Source: Haplodiscus bocki
Taxonomy: Eukaryota
Reading direction: 5' to 3'
DNA length: 64,000 nucleotides
NCBI GenBank assembly: GCA_965655095.1
Contig: OZ296657.1
Location: 54,188,001 to 54,252,000 of the forward strand
This document shows, piece after piece, positions 27,200 through 38,764 of the stretch; positions within the stretch are counted from its first letter, which is position 1; every line of letters begins with the position of its first letter. Made by a program: the position numbers and the translations under genes. The notes below the pieces were generated by a model. That model was not told the origin of the DNA and did no database searches. It worked only from the letters and a program-made list of their open reading frames with translations.

Positions 27200-28200
27200 A
27201 TAATTATTATTATAAACAAAAAATCAAAGGGATTTTCCATAATTGGAAAACAATAACAAAGTTCATTAGATAAGATGAGAATACTTTGATAAAAATTAGG
27301 ATTTCATGTTTAAAAGTACATGTCAGCTTACTGCGCTTCATTTGAGATGGAAGTTGGACTGGAACTACGAGTGTTCCTAGTGGGTTCCTCATTTATACTG
27401 CTCTCTTCTTCCTCCTTTCTACTAGGCTGTTGTGTAACTTCTTGTAGCAGTGCCGTTGAATGAATTAAATGAGTGACTACCGAACTGTTCCGTAATTGGC
27501 CAAAACGGCACAGCATCATAGCACAGCAGATGGAATGATTTCTAGTGACGTCACCAGCTTGGTAGCGAAGGAACACGTACGGAACAAATATTCATTTTTG
27601 GAGTCACTTATTCTACACTATAGTTGCTAATAATCGAGCTCACTGACAGCGTCAATTTAACTAAATTACTGCACTCTAGCTCTTTGAAAAAGTTGATTTA
27701 CATCAAATAAAAACATAAATTAATATGAATATTGCACCTTTAAAAGTTTAGGTTGTTTACTAGGTTATTACTCATTTGTTCCATAACGGTTCTGTCCCAA
27801 TCTGGATGATACGTATATAATACGGATCAGTTACATGAAATCAAATTATTACATACGTAAAACGTGAAGTTCATTGTTTAATTTAGCTTTAGTTAATTCC
27901 TTGACGATCTGGGGATGTTACTTTCTTTTGGCTGTTTTTGCCCGCAGGCTTCGCAGATCTGCTGCGACAGTGGCTTTGACCAGAGGGCTTCGTTAAGATT
28001 TGACATTAACTAATCAAGACCTTTTGGTTTTATAATGCGTGTCAGTGTCCGGGAAAAATATCCTTAATTGTCAATTTTCTAATGAATCAACACTTGGAAG
28101 CAGAAAAGCTCAGAAACTTTCCCCAATGTTTGTCTCCATGAGTAACAATTTGGCCAAGCAATCATCTGACGCCAATTGCTTATTCAACTGAAAGAAAATT
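27200..28200 (-). repeat. Dispersed repeat, inverted partner of 22200-23100
   Basis: See 22200-23100; contains TATAAATGAGG on the minus strand near 27390. Confidence 0.6.
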
Positions 28201-28789
28201 AAACTTTCGAATTTGCTTTCAAGCATTTCCTGGCTCCCTAAAATTGAAGTTTTCTTTGCTTTATCTGCCAAAAATGTAGATTCTCGGCCATCTACATACC
28301 ACCCTCATCCAATTTCCAGAACTTCTTCGAACAGTTTCTTAGAAATATCTAAACATCATCATCGGAAGACGTTCCTGCGTGTGAATTCACAGCCTGAGAA
28401 CTCGCCGTTGGGGTAGTTTTGACAGGTTGTTTCGAACTAAATGTCACGTTAGCAATTTCCGTGTTGAGAGGCTCGACTCCAGTTTTGATGCTATCTTCGA
28501 CCGTCATCCAGGTCATCCGTTCAGTTTCTAGTTCATTTTCATTCACATTAAGTTCAGGAGTGTTAGTTACTTCAGTGTTGTTATTTTCACCTAAGTGGAC
28601 GTTTTATGATATCATTTGCTAGTGCTTGTTTTGCCATTACATTACCTCTTGTTCGTGGACGATGTACTCATCCAAATTTTGATGACTTGATTAAAGTTGT
28701 TTGAGTGTTAGGAGAAACGATTGAATAGAGTAGAAATAAAGTAGTTAAACATTGATTGGGATGCAATTCACAGTAGTAACAAAAAGCGT

Positions 28790-30183
28790 CCCGGGTCGAA
28801 TTTTTGGCTGAAATTTTTCTGCGATAACGGCAGATCGTCGGAAAAAAAAACGCGAAACCGCCGGTATTTCGTATAAAAACAACGGCGGTTACCGGCGTTT
28901 CCTTAAAATTTAGCAGCGGTTACTGGCGTTTCTCGGAAAAACAACAGCAATTACAGCTGTTTCTTAGGAAATTTCCACCGATAAATTACCACCCACATCT
29001 TGGAAAAATAACGGCAGATTTCGATTTGCCACAATCTAAGCAAAAATTCATCGTTATATTTTTGCCGCTGTCTTGCAGCATTAACAGAGAAAGTCTTCAA
29101 TTTTAGACCTCCTCAACTAGTTAATCAAAAGGATTTATCAGGTTAATAAAAGTAAATCAGGTTGTCGGACAATGTTACCTTCCATAAATAAAGTATGCAG
29201 AAGATGGGAACAGCAGTCTTTATGTTTCAAACTGGAGGCTCTCAGCTCGCGGGCACATTTTAGCCCACTTGACAGGATCCACGACGAAAACGTGGCCTGC
29301 AGAGGACCCCAAAACTGCTTAACAGAATAGAGTTATCAAGAAAATGACACCACATTGAAAGTCAAAAAGCCCGATTCAGATATCGCACAAAATACAAAGA
29401 GCCCAATACATTTAAAAAGACAAAACCTGCTAGTCAAAAGAAGACAAAACGTAAATAAAAAAGTTGTCGGACTATGCTCCCTCCCACAAACAATGTTTGC
29501 AGACGACGGAAGCAGGAGTACTCATGCTTCAAGCTGGAGGGGGCTTTCAGCTGGTAGGGCACCATCTAGCCCACTTGACAGGACATACGACAAAAACTTG
29601 GACTACATATGACTCCGAAAACTGTTAAACAGAATCGACGTATCACAAAATTAGCATCAAAATGAAATTCGAATAGACCGATTACGATATCGTTCCATAA
29701 AAAAACTCAACGCTTCTGAAAAAAAAACAAATTTAGCGTGTTTAAATGAAAAAACGGAGATGAAGTTGTCGAACATTTTTCACGCCCACAAATAGAGTTG
29801 GATATGATGGAACTGAATGTTTCCTTGGATTTTGTTATTTTTTTCACCAACTTTTGTGATGCGAAGATGTGGGTATGTGATAGCTTCCGTTTGGGACCAG
29901 AAGAAACTTTCCAACATCTTTTGTTTTTCCTCTGCGGAAGTCTGCTTTCCCGATTGAGTTAGCTTCCTTCTGAATCAACACTAAAAATGTACAATTTTTT
30001 TGTGGGAAATCGGTGGGAATATCAGCGTTTTTTATAAAAATAGCGGCGGTAAACCTCAGCTCTCAATAGAAGTTCTACGATAACGGCTCTTTGGCGTTTT
30101 TCAGCAGAATACCAACGCTATCAGCGGAATTAATTGTGATTTTAGAAAAATAACGGCAAGTCTCAAAAAACTATCGGTCCGGG
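28790..30183. mobile_element. Non-autonomous DNA transposon with CCCGGG termini and 2-bp TSD (related to the 20727 element, opposite orientation)
   Basis: CCCGGGTCGAA ... ATCGGTCCGGG, flanked by GT on both sides; TAACGGC subterminal repeats. Confidence 0.75.
29161..29820 (+). repeat. Diverged ~302-bp tandem repeat, about 2.2 copies
   Basis: GTTGTCG(G/A)AC at 29161, 29463 and 29765; TAGCCCACTTGACAGGA in the first two units. Confidence 0.8.
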
Positions 30184-30213
30184 GTGCTGTTAATGTACTC
30201 ATTGAATATTACT

Positions 30214-32127
30214 AGTAGTAAGAGAGTGAATTGATCAGATGGGGTTGTGGGGACCCTTCATGTATTAAGAGATGCTATAGATTGTGGGAGCCGAAAAAAT
30301 GGAAGAAAATGGGCGGAGGCCCGTTCTCGGGTCCTATGTTAACAGCAGTAATATAGTGAGTCGATCAGACGGGAAGGGGGTGGAAGATCCGCATGTAGTA
30401 AGATAGGCTATGGCGGTCCGAGAGCCGAACAGAGCCCAAACCGGTGGTAAGGGTCGGTAACATTCTCGGCTCCTACGCTAATACGTCGGTCAATCTATTA
30501 AGACAGGGTTTTTCGGGACTGTGAGACTTTTCGGTACTGTGAGACTTTTACCCGAAGATACTACCTCATCGCATTAAGATACCCCAATATATTAAGATAT
30601 GGTAAACTAACTCAATGTATTAAGATAGGATACACCCCAAGTTTGAGCTTTTCGGCACTGTGAGACTAGTAGGTGCCCTAGATAGTCCAAAGTATTAGGA
30701 TACCCCAATGTATTAGGATGGCCCAATGTATTAAAATACCCCAATGTATTAAGATAACCCAATGTAATAAGATACCCCAATGTATTAAGATATTGTAAAC
30801 TACCTCAATGGATTAAGATAGGGTTTTTTGTCACTCTGCGGCACTGTGAGACTACTAGGTGCCCAAGATAGCCCAATGTAATGAAATACCCCAATGTATT
30901 AAGATAGGGCAAACTATCTCAATGTATTAAGATCAGGTTCACCCCAATTTTGGGCTTTTCGGCATTATGAGACACTTCGTCACTAAGAGACATTTCAGCA
31001 CTTTGAGGCTTTTTGACGCTACCCGAAGATACTACCTCATTGTATGCCCCAATGTATTAACATAGTGCTTTTCGGCACTGTGATACTAGGTGCCCGGGAT
31101 AGCCCAATGTATTACGATACCCCAATGTATTAAGATAACCCAATGTATTAAGGTACCCCAATGTTTTAAGATAACCCAATGTAATAAGATACCCCAATGT
31201 ATTAAGATAATGTTAACAACTTCAATGTATTCACATAGGTATTTTTGTCACTCTGCGGCACTGTGAGACTACTAGGTGCCCGAGATAGCCCAATGTAATT
31301 AAATACCCCAATGTAATCAGACACCCCAATATATCAAGATACCCCAATGTATTAAGATATCCCAATGTTTTAAGATAGAGTAAACTACCTGATGGTAATA
31401 AGTTAGGGTTCTTTGGCACTTTTCGGCATTGTGAGACTACTAGGTGCCCGAGATTGGCCTATGTTTGAAGATACCGCAATATAAAAAGATGCCCCAATGT
31501 ATTACGATACCCCAATGTATTAATAAACCCCAATGTATTAAGATAGGTTTTTTGGCACTTTTCGGCATTGTAAGACTACTATGTGACTGAGGTAGGCCAA
31601 TATTTGAAGATACCGCAATATAACAAAAATATCCCAATGTATTAAGATAGGGTAAACTACCTGAAGTTATTAGGATAGGGTTTTTGGCACTTTTCGGCAC
31701 TGTGAGACTACTAAGCGCCCGAGATTGGCCCATGTTTTAAGGTACCCCAATGTATACTCCAATGTGTTAAGATAGAGTTTACTCGAATGTATTATGGGTT
31801 TTGTGTAAAGAAAATTGTTCTGTTTGAAGGTGGGGGTCCAGTAGTATAGTGTGAGCATAAGTGGAGTGGGGGGTGGGGGGGAGGGGAAGACAAGGTGTCC
31901 TACGGGGATTCAAAACTGGGAGGTTGGAGTCAGAAATTTTTTGGGAGGCTGGCAGATAATTTATTAAGGGAGCAGGAGGCGTACGGCAGTGGCGGGTATT
32001 TTATTACACCTGCGGATATTTCATTAATGGAGCTGGAGGCGTACGGCCTTGACGGAACTTTTATAACGTCTGCGGATGTTTCACTACGGTTGCGGATACT
32101 TTGTCAAGAGAGCTGAAACTTTTTTGC
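30214..32127 (+). repeat. Left TIR of Polinton B, expanded by nested tandem repeats
   Basis: Matches reverse complement of 49028-49790; 18-bp ACCCCAATGTATTAAGAT arrays separated by 7 copies of a GGCACTGTGAGACTACTAGGTGCCC-like unit. Confidence 0.9.
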
Positions 32128-32238
32128 TCGATTCTATGTGAGAAGATTGATTTAAAGTTTAAAAACGTTAATTAGATAGTAAAAATTTGAACAAACACCT
32201 GTTATAGACTGCACATTCACAATGAAAGTGTTAATCGC

Positions 32239-32615
32239 TTACATAAAAATACTCATAAAACAGAGCACATTGAAGTCGTGAACCCCGGTAATTTCTTCTT
32301 GTCGGAACTTGAAGAGATGAAAAGCTGCATATATGGTGTAGAAACTGCAAACACTGGCGTTGGACTGCATTTGTGCTGGCATTATCTGGTCGTATGGTTG
32401 TTTGAAAAAAAAACGGTTAAATTTACGTCCAAAAGAGTCTGCAAAATACATTTCATGACGAAACTCTGCAATCCTTGTCCAACGCTCACCCGGCATATTG
32501 CTGGGTTGCGCGTTGATAAAAACAAAAGTGAGTTGGAATATAGTCAGAAGGAAATGAAACAAAGTACCAATACTTGAGTAGTAGGATATGATTGATTAAT
32601 TGTTGGAGAGATACA
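32239..32615 (-). pseudogene. Adenain/Ulp1-like maturation cysteine protease
   Basis: INAQPSNMPGERW..YFADSFG..QSNASVCSFY: His-Asp-Cys triad layout with the His mutated to Arg. Confidence 0.85.
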
Positions 32616-34545
32616 TTATCCATTTCGGATTTTCTTTCCGACAACACCAAGCTTGTCGATTGCAACCAAAAAGTTTCCTTCTGCCAATACGCTTAGTTCA
32701 GTAACATATTCTGGAGGAAATGTAATGTTTAGCTCCAGCCTCAATGGTTCTCCAACTAGTTCTGGGTATTGACAATTTCTAGTAGTGTCTTGCATTGATG
32801 TCAAATCAAACACTAGTAGTTAGTGATCTTTGATATTATCAATTGGAATTGAGGGAATATCGTCTTGAAAGTTCATTGTTTTCTTTGTCGTAGCATATAA
32901 GCGACAGTTATCAGCGGCATCAAGGTCTACGATTGGCTGACCTCCTTTGAGTATTCAACTTTGTCTGAGGTCGAATTGCTGATACTTGAATGGATTTTCA
33001 GTATACAACGCAGTGACTGTAGAGTTTGTTTTCATTGCAATGGCAATTCGACAAACTGGAGCATTGTTAACAATGTTTTCTTGGTTGAACTGGTTTTGTC
33101 TGGTAGGACTGCTGAACGTCTTTGCCAAAGTGTCCAAGTAGTAGTACTCCACGGGAGTATATTCAAGCAAGTCCATTTTTTTCTGGTGATAATCATCCTC
33201 GAGAGCAATACGATGAGTGTAATGCAATCAATCAACAATTCCAAGACTAACGTAGGGGTTGTCAAAATTCATGTAAAAATTAGGCCAGGTCTTGAATATA
33301 CGTAGCCTAATTTTCATATTTGGATACAACGTTTCAGAGGTGGTGAAGAAGTCAATCACCAGTTTACTAAAAAACATAAAGCAATCGGGTCCACTAAGCA
33401 TTTTCATTCTCCTTGCAAAAAAATGGTTCAGACAAAGGTGCACCCATAATCTCATCAGGAATTTTATCATAATCGTAGCCCTTGCAGTTCAAAACCCCAT
33501 TGTATTCAGAGATAGCTTCCTTGAAGTTATTGGAAATGTAAGGCCGGTGCAAATAGGGTCTATTTGAGTTGTAAGTTTGCTGATTCTTGATGTACACCTC
33601 AAAAATGGAAAAAATTGGGAGCAAAATGTTGTTTACATGAGTAACGAGAGGAACTGGAGACCCTTCTTCTNNNNNNNNNNNNNNNNNNNNNNNNNNNNNN
33701 NNNNNNNNNNNNNNNNNNNNNNNNNNNNNNNNNNNNNNNNNNNNNNNNNNNNNNNNNNNNNNNNNNNNNNNNNNNNNNNNNNNNNNNNNNNNNNNNNNNN
33801 NNNNNNNNNNNNNNNNNNNNNNNNNNNNNNNNNNNNNNNNNNNNNNNNNNNNNNNNNNNNNNNNNNNNNNNNNNNNNNNNNNNNNNNNNNNNNNNNNNNN
33901 NNNNNNNNNNNNNNNNNNNNNNNNNNNNNNNNNNNNNNNNNNNNNNNNNNNNNNNNNNNNNNNNNNNNNNNNNNNNNNNNNNNNNNNNNNNNNNNNNNNN
34001 NNNNNNNNNNNNNNNNNNNNNNNNNNNNNNNNNNNNNNNNNNNNNNNNNNNNNNNNNNNNNNNNNNNNNNNNNNNNNNNNNNNNNNNNNNNNNNNNNNNN
34101 NNNNNNNNNNNNNNNNNNNNNNNNNNNNNNNNNNNNNNNNNNNNNNNNNNNNNNNNNNNNNNNNNNNNNNNNNNNNNNNNNNNNNNNNNNNNNNNNNNNN
34201 NNNNNNNNNNNNNNNNNNNNNNNNNNNNNNNNNNNNNNNNNNNNNNNNNNNNNNNNNNNCGTTTTTGCCTCTTCTTTGTGCTCATTTCTAACTTCTTTGC
34301 TTTTGTAAGTCTCGTATCCATGATTTTTGAGAAAATTCAGTTTCAAAGCCAAGTAAGACTGTTTCAAATCAACGTAATGGTTCCGATCCGTTTGCAGTTC
34401 ATTCTCTATGCAGTTTCCATCAAGTGAGGTAGTAGGATAAATTTCTTGTTCGTGGGACGACAAGACATCGTCAACCGCTGGGAACTTCCATCAAAGATTT
34501 CCAGAAACGGTCAACAAAAGTTGGTACCAAAAAATATTTGACATG
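32616..34545 (-). pseudogene. Major capsid protein (hexon/PY-like), spanning an N gap
   Basis: EQEIYPTTSLDGNCIE..DRNHYVDLKQSYLALKL, LYPNMKIRLRI, NPFKYQQFDLRQ, FDLT..LRLELNITFP; position between core protein and protease. Confidence 0.8.
33671..34259. other. Assembly gap (N run)
   Basis: 589 N. Confidence 1.
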
Positions 34546-34547
34546 AT

Positions 34548-34893
34548 TAACCAGAAATATTTGTAAAAATGTCCGAATGGCTTGTTTGGAGGGTTTTGTT
34601 GGAAGGACGCTCCTCTGCTGACTAACACTACTGAACTTTTTTTTTCAAAGCTTGCCGTTCCACACTCGTTGCCGCGCACTTTAAAAGTTTTCTACACCTA
34701 CAACCTATGCAATTTCTGGCGCAACAAATTCCATCAAATCAGCTCCCACAAGTTTTGCAGCGGGGACGACATATTTACGTAAAAATGGAATTGCTATTCT
34801 CCCAATAACTTGGACAAGTGCACCGAATTCTCTTCCACGCTGTCGACCAATAGTTCTATAGTATGGAATCTGTACTTGTCTCAGAGCAACCAT
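34548..34893 (-). pseudogene. Basic amphipathic virion core / pX-like protein
   Basis: YYRTIGRQRGREFGALVQVIGRIAIPFLRKYVVPAAK: degenerate QRGxG followed by an amphipathic helix, typical of the Maverick gene between penton and capsid. Confidence 0.7.
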
Positions 34894-34911
34894 CTTGTAA
34901 CGTCTTTTTCG

Positions 34912-35703
34912 TTAAAAATGAAAATTGGAAGCTTTTTTGATTTCAAAACCAGTCAAATATTACCCACAGACACATAAAGGAATATTTCACCTTCCGTGTC
35001 TCTCAAGTCTATGTAAATACTACGAGTTCTGAACAGCGGTCTAAATTGTAGGTTACGAACTGTCTGGTAGTTCATATACTGTCCAGTAGTTATAATGTCC
35101 CCAAATTTTAGCTTGGAATTAAAGGGAAAACTGTGCATCAATGGAGCCTTTGTGTCGCCAACAATATTTTACTTGATCAAGTCTGTGTATATCATGAAAG
35201 AATATATGCGAACATTGTCATAAGCAAACACTGGCTTGTGAGATCCTTTCCTGCCCAACGGTATTCCAAAGTCAATGCCAATATTGCTTCTAAAAACGTG
35301 ACCGAAGCCCGTACTAAAAAAAGCAAGACCCGATCCTTCGTTTGGGCGGTGAATCTCAACTTTTTGCGTTGTTTGAGACACTTTCACTGCGTTAGAGTTT
35401 TCTGTTTGATTGTGTCTCTCTTGAATGAGCGTGTTCATAGCTTCCACAATATCGGTACTTGAATGGTACAGACCGGGTTGCAGACACTAATTTTCTGAAC
35501 TAAAGTTTTGTGTCAAAAAACATAAATTTTCCCTCTGTAACATTTTTGGTACATTGATGGGTAGGATATATCCGAAATTGCAACCTCCCATTGCCCCTCC
35601 ATATTCAGTTACACCGGAAAAAAAATTTTGAAGGAGCTGAGTGTATTGTCCGGAAAAAGTTTCGCAGATGCACTGAGAACATCTCTATTGTAAACGAGTC
35701 CTT
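34912..35703 (-). pseudogene. Minor capsid (penton-like) protein
   Basis: FPDNTLSSF, GQWEVAIS.ISYP, FMIYTDLI, IYIDLRDTEG read across frames. Confidence 0.85.
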
Positions 35704-35705
35704 TG

Positions 35706-36628
35706 TTAAATGACTTGAATCAAATCTTTTTTAAAAAATTTGCCACGTATAATCTCATCCTGATCATCTTTTATTGCCAATGTAGGTGGTTTTCTGCTAG
35801 CAATAGTAGAAGTTTCAAAAAGTTCTTGCGTAAAATGTGACTTTCAAAATTTTCGGAAAGGTAAGTTATACTTTTAGATGCAAACTTCATCTCCAATTTT
35901 TTGTTTTAGTTTTCTGTACTCTGGTAGAGGTTTGCTGTAAAGGATGGATAGAAAATCAAAATTTTTGACATCTTTTGGTTTCAAATCAATCGAACAATTC
36001 TTTCTAGAATATAAAATTGTGAGAAACTGGGGTAATATGTACGTGTACCCATAGTCTTCCAGGTAACGCTAAAGAAGGATCGTATCGTACGTTCAGCAAA
36101 TGCATCCTTGGTCTCCCTCAGTGTAGAGTAGATTTTATTCCTTGAGCATTACAAGTTTTTTTATACTCTTCAGCAAACTCTCTCCCCTTGTCAACCCAAT
36201 ATTTGTTAGGGACGTTTCATTTTTGTAATCATGGTTGAAAACGCTCTTACAGTCTCTTTGGAAACATTTGTCTTCATCCCCTTTGCATCTATCTTTCGTT
36301 GAAACAAGTCTTGGCGAACTAGTAACTGCTTTACACCATTATTTCCTTTTGCTAATTCATGTACAAAAGCAAAACCCGTATACCAAATTTCTTTTTTGAA
36401 CCTAGCAAAAGCTTTCCTTTTCTTGAACTTTCGTGTAGCCAAAGTGATGTTTGTGTACGAAGTCTTGGATTGTGAAACTTTTCTCACCTTTGCTACTGAC
36501 AGGTTGCTAGCCTTCGATAAATTGCGCACAGGTCCATAGGCAGCAGCACCATGAGTGTACAATCCCTGCAGCTTCTGACGTTCAGACTTTGAAAGGGACC
36601 TATCTTCCCCTCTGTTTGGTTTCTGCAT
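35706..36628 (-). pseudogene. Retroviral-like (RVE) integrase
   Basis: LYTHGAAAYG..EIW..NNGVKQLLVRQDLF..ETVRAF..KRP, then WVDKGREFA, AFAERTIRS and C-terminal EIIRGKF. Confidence 0.9.
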
Positions 36629-36995
36629 TCTGATTCAAAACCAGAGTTGGAGTTATTCCTGCAGCATCAAGTAAGGTAAAGTAAATGTCGAAAAGGTCTG
36701 CGTTTTTTTGACGCAGCTGCTGAACAAAGTCTGACAATAACACTCCAGTTTCTGTTTTATCCAATGTTAAAGTCTGCGAATTTGAGGGCTTGACACGTGG
36801 CCAGTCAAAATTTTGACGACTAAAGAGTCTGTTTTGGCAAACAACTCTTTGTTAATTGCCTTCTTTAACGAGTTAATTTGTTATACGGGTTTTAAGGTCA
36901 GGTGGATACTTTGGAAGTTGCTGCTTTGTAACTGACAGAGTACTCAAACTCTTGTTGTTTTACACATAGACAAAGACGAGAACAAATTGCTCCAT
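36582..36995 (-). pseudogene. Conserved Polinton hypothetical protein immediately upstream of the integrase
   Basis: MEQFVLV start; ..LLSDFVQQLRQKNADLFDIYFTLLDAAGITPTLVLNQNA read across frames. Confidence 0.55.
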
Positions 36996-37089
36996 GTTAA
37001 GACAAATGATTAATAACGGTAGGAGTAATAACTTTTATTAGTTGCAAGCCTTTTTCGGACGCCAGAATGTCTCTTCTTTGTTTCCAAGT

Positions 37090-37945
37090 TGTTGTTTTTA
37101 GAGAGAACAACCAAATTTCGCTTTAAAAATTTGTTGCGTGATGTTTTCTAATGCTTTGCAAGTTTTATTCGAGCAGATTCACTATGCAACTGCAGACAAA
37201 CCGGATATTATCTTCTGGACGAGACTGAAGGAAAAGACTTTTGAATTGGCGGGAAAATGATTGGAGCACTTGGAGAGAGGAAAGATTTTTTGTCTTCACC
37301 GTCCAGACACTTTTAAGGCTGCAACCGGTCAGATATTTGAATTTTTGATGAGATGGATCCACTGTTTGTACAATAACGTAACCTATCGTCTGTATGCGGC
37401 AACAAATCAATCAGTAAATGACCGTAGAGATTCAACGTTGCGTCTTGACACCAGTCAAATAGTTTTGATCCAATACCCAATTGTGCATTGAGTGTACTGA
37501 ATTGAATCACATCACGGGGAGATTTGAAGAGAACAATTTGCGTATTTTAGAGTTGAACGTCTCGCCCTAGCTTACTTTGATGGAACAAATTGTGCTTGAT
37601 GTGAATAGTACTTAATCCGCGATATGTTCCAGCGGTGGCAATATCAAAAAATGTTTTTGAATTGCAAATCTCTCCACAAGAATTTTCAAAGACTAACAAG
37701 TGCTTTCTACCATTGTGAATCAATGAATTCAATGTTTACACTTTGAAAAAAAAGCAAACTTTCCATTTCTTTTTGCACAGCTTCGTGAAGTGGCTGGTAA
37801 TGGTGATGAAATAGTAAGTTTTGTCTAATTTTGGTTTAAGAGTTCCAATTTTGAGCCTTTTGTAAATAGTTTCTGACTTTCCCGTCTTGGACGGAGCATC
37901 CGATGATATAAAGATGCGATTTTTTGTAGAAATCAACACTTTCAC
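37090..37945 (-). pseudogene. A32/FtsK-HerA family DNA packaging ATPase
   Basis: Walker A remnant APSKTGKS, Walker B remnant HLLVFENS, TAGTYRGLSTIHIKHNLFHQ, HLLIDL. Confidence 0.85.
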
Positions 37946-38202
37946 AGTCTTGTCGAGTATAAAATGTACCCTCCTGCACTACACAAAATTCCAACCGAAA
38001 CAGTTGATTCGTCACGCATTTTTGCAAGTTGATTTCTCCCAAAGCAACCAAACAATATGAACGAAATTACAAAAAGTTGGGACAAAAAGACAATCAGAGA
38101 TCTAAAACATGTTTGTCCTAAACAAGCCCATGATTTTCTCTCTTGACTATTGTCGTCAAAGACATTTTTAACCCGGTTAATAATAACTTCTTGATCAGTC
38201 AT
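37942..38202 (-). CDS. Small two-hydrophobic-helix membrane protein (86 aa, open frame)
   Basis: ATG-started ORF; LIVFLSQLFVISFILFGCF and VSVGILCSAGGYIL hydrophobic segments; directly upstream of the ATPase. Confidence 0.6.
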   Translation of the reverse strand: MTDQEVIINRVKNVFDDNSQERKSWACLGQTCFRSLIVFLSQLFVISFILFGCFGRNQLAKMRDESTVSVGILCSAGGYILYSTRL

Positions 38203-38307
38203 CTAGCGTCTACGCTCATTTTCTCGCCAATATTTTTTTGTAAAGGATGAACCAATATGGAAAATTTTATTAAGTAGACACAAACAAAACATAATACAAA
38301 ACAAAAT

Positions 38308-38764
38308 TTACAACTTCAAGTGCTGCATTGTCCATTCAACAAAGAATTTTGCCTTTCGCTCTGCACAGTGAAGTGTAGCCTTGTGTCGCAATGAATATTT
38401 GGAGCAAAACCGCATTTGTTTGTCTGATTCTACAAGCTCTTGTTTTTGGGATAGTCTTGATCAGCGAAGTTTTCCACATGTTGTCCCTTAAATTGATCAA
38501 AAGCTTGCGATTTTCTGATCTCTTAGCAGAAAAGTCAGCCTTTGAATCTTTTGGTTGGACGTATTGGAGCTCATCGTTATCCAAACTTCCAGTGCTCCAC
38601 ACACTTCCATGCAATTTTCTTGAACACCAAAAATCGTGTTTCGTGGGTTTGTACTTTATTGGACGACAAGGAGAGTGTTCCTCAGCATTCCCATAAATAA
38701 AAACTCCCAACTACTTTACAACGTTTTTATCTGCTACCTCAAAATCTAGTACAATGCAGGACAT
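38308..38764 (-). pseudogene. DEDD/DnaQ-like exonuclease-fold protein
   Basis: MSCIVLDFE (ExoI DxE)..FWCSRKLHGSVWSTG..LHCAERKAK; one stop and a frameshift. Confidence 0.55.

Noticed and set aside
30500-31780. CRISPR-like array (conserved ~25-bp unit with variable intervening lengths)
   Set aside because: The intervening segments are themselves copies of one 18-bp repeat, not unique spacers; there are no cas genes; the array is mirrored in the opposite TIR of a Polinton
31231-32116. Repetitive ORFs (NTLGYL repeats, EAYG repeats)
   Set aside because: Translations of 18-bp and 60-bp TIR repeats whose lengths are multiples of three
33577-34463. 240-276 aa ORFs in the track
   Set aside because: Their length comes from the N gap; only the flanks on the minus strand are real capsid fragments
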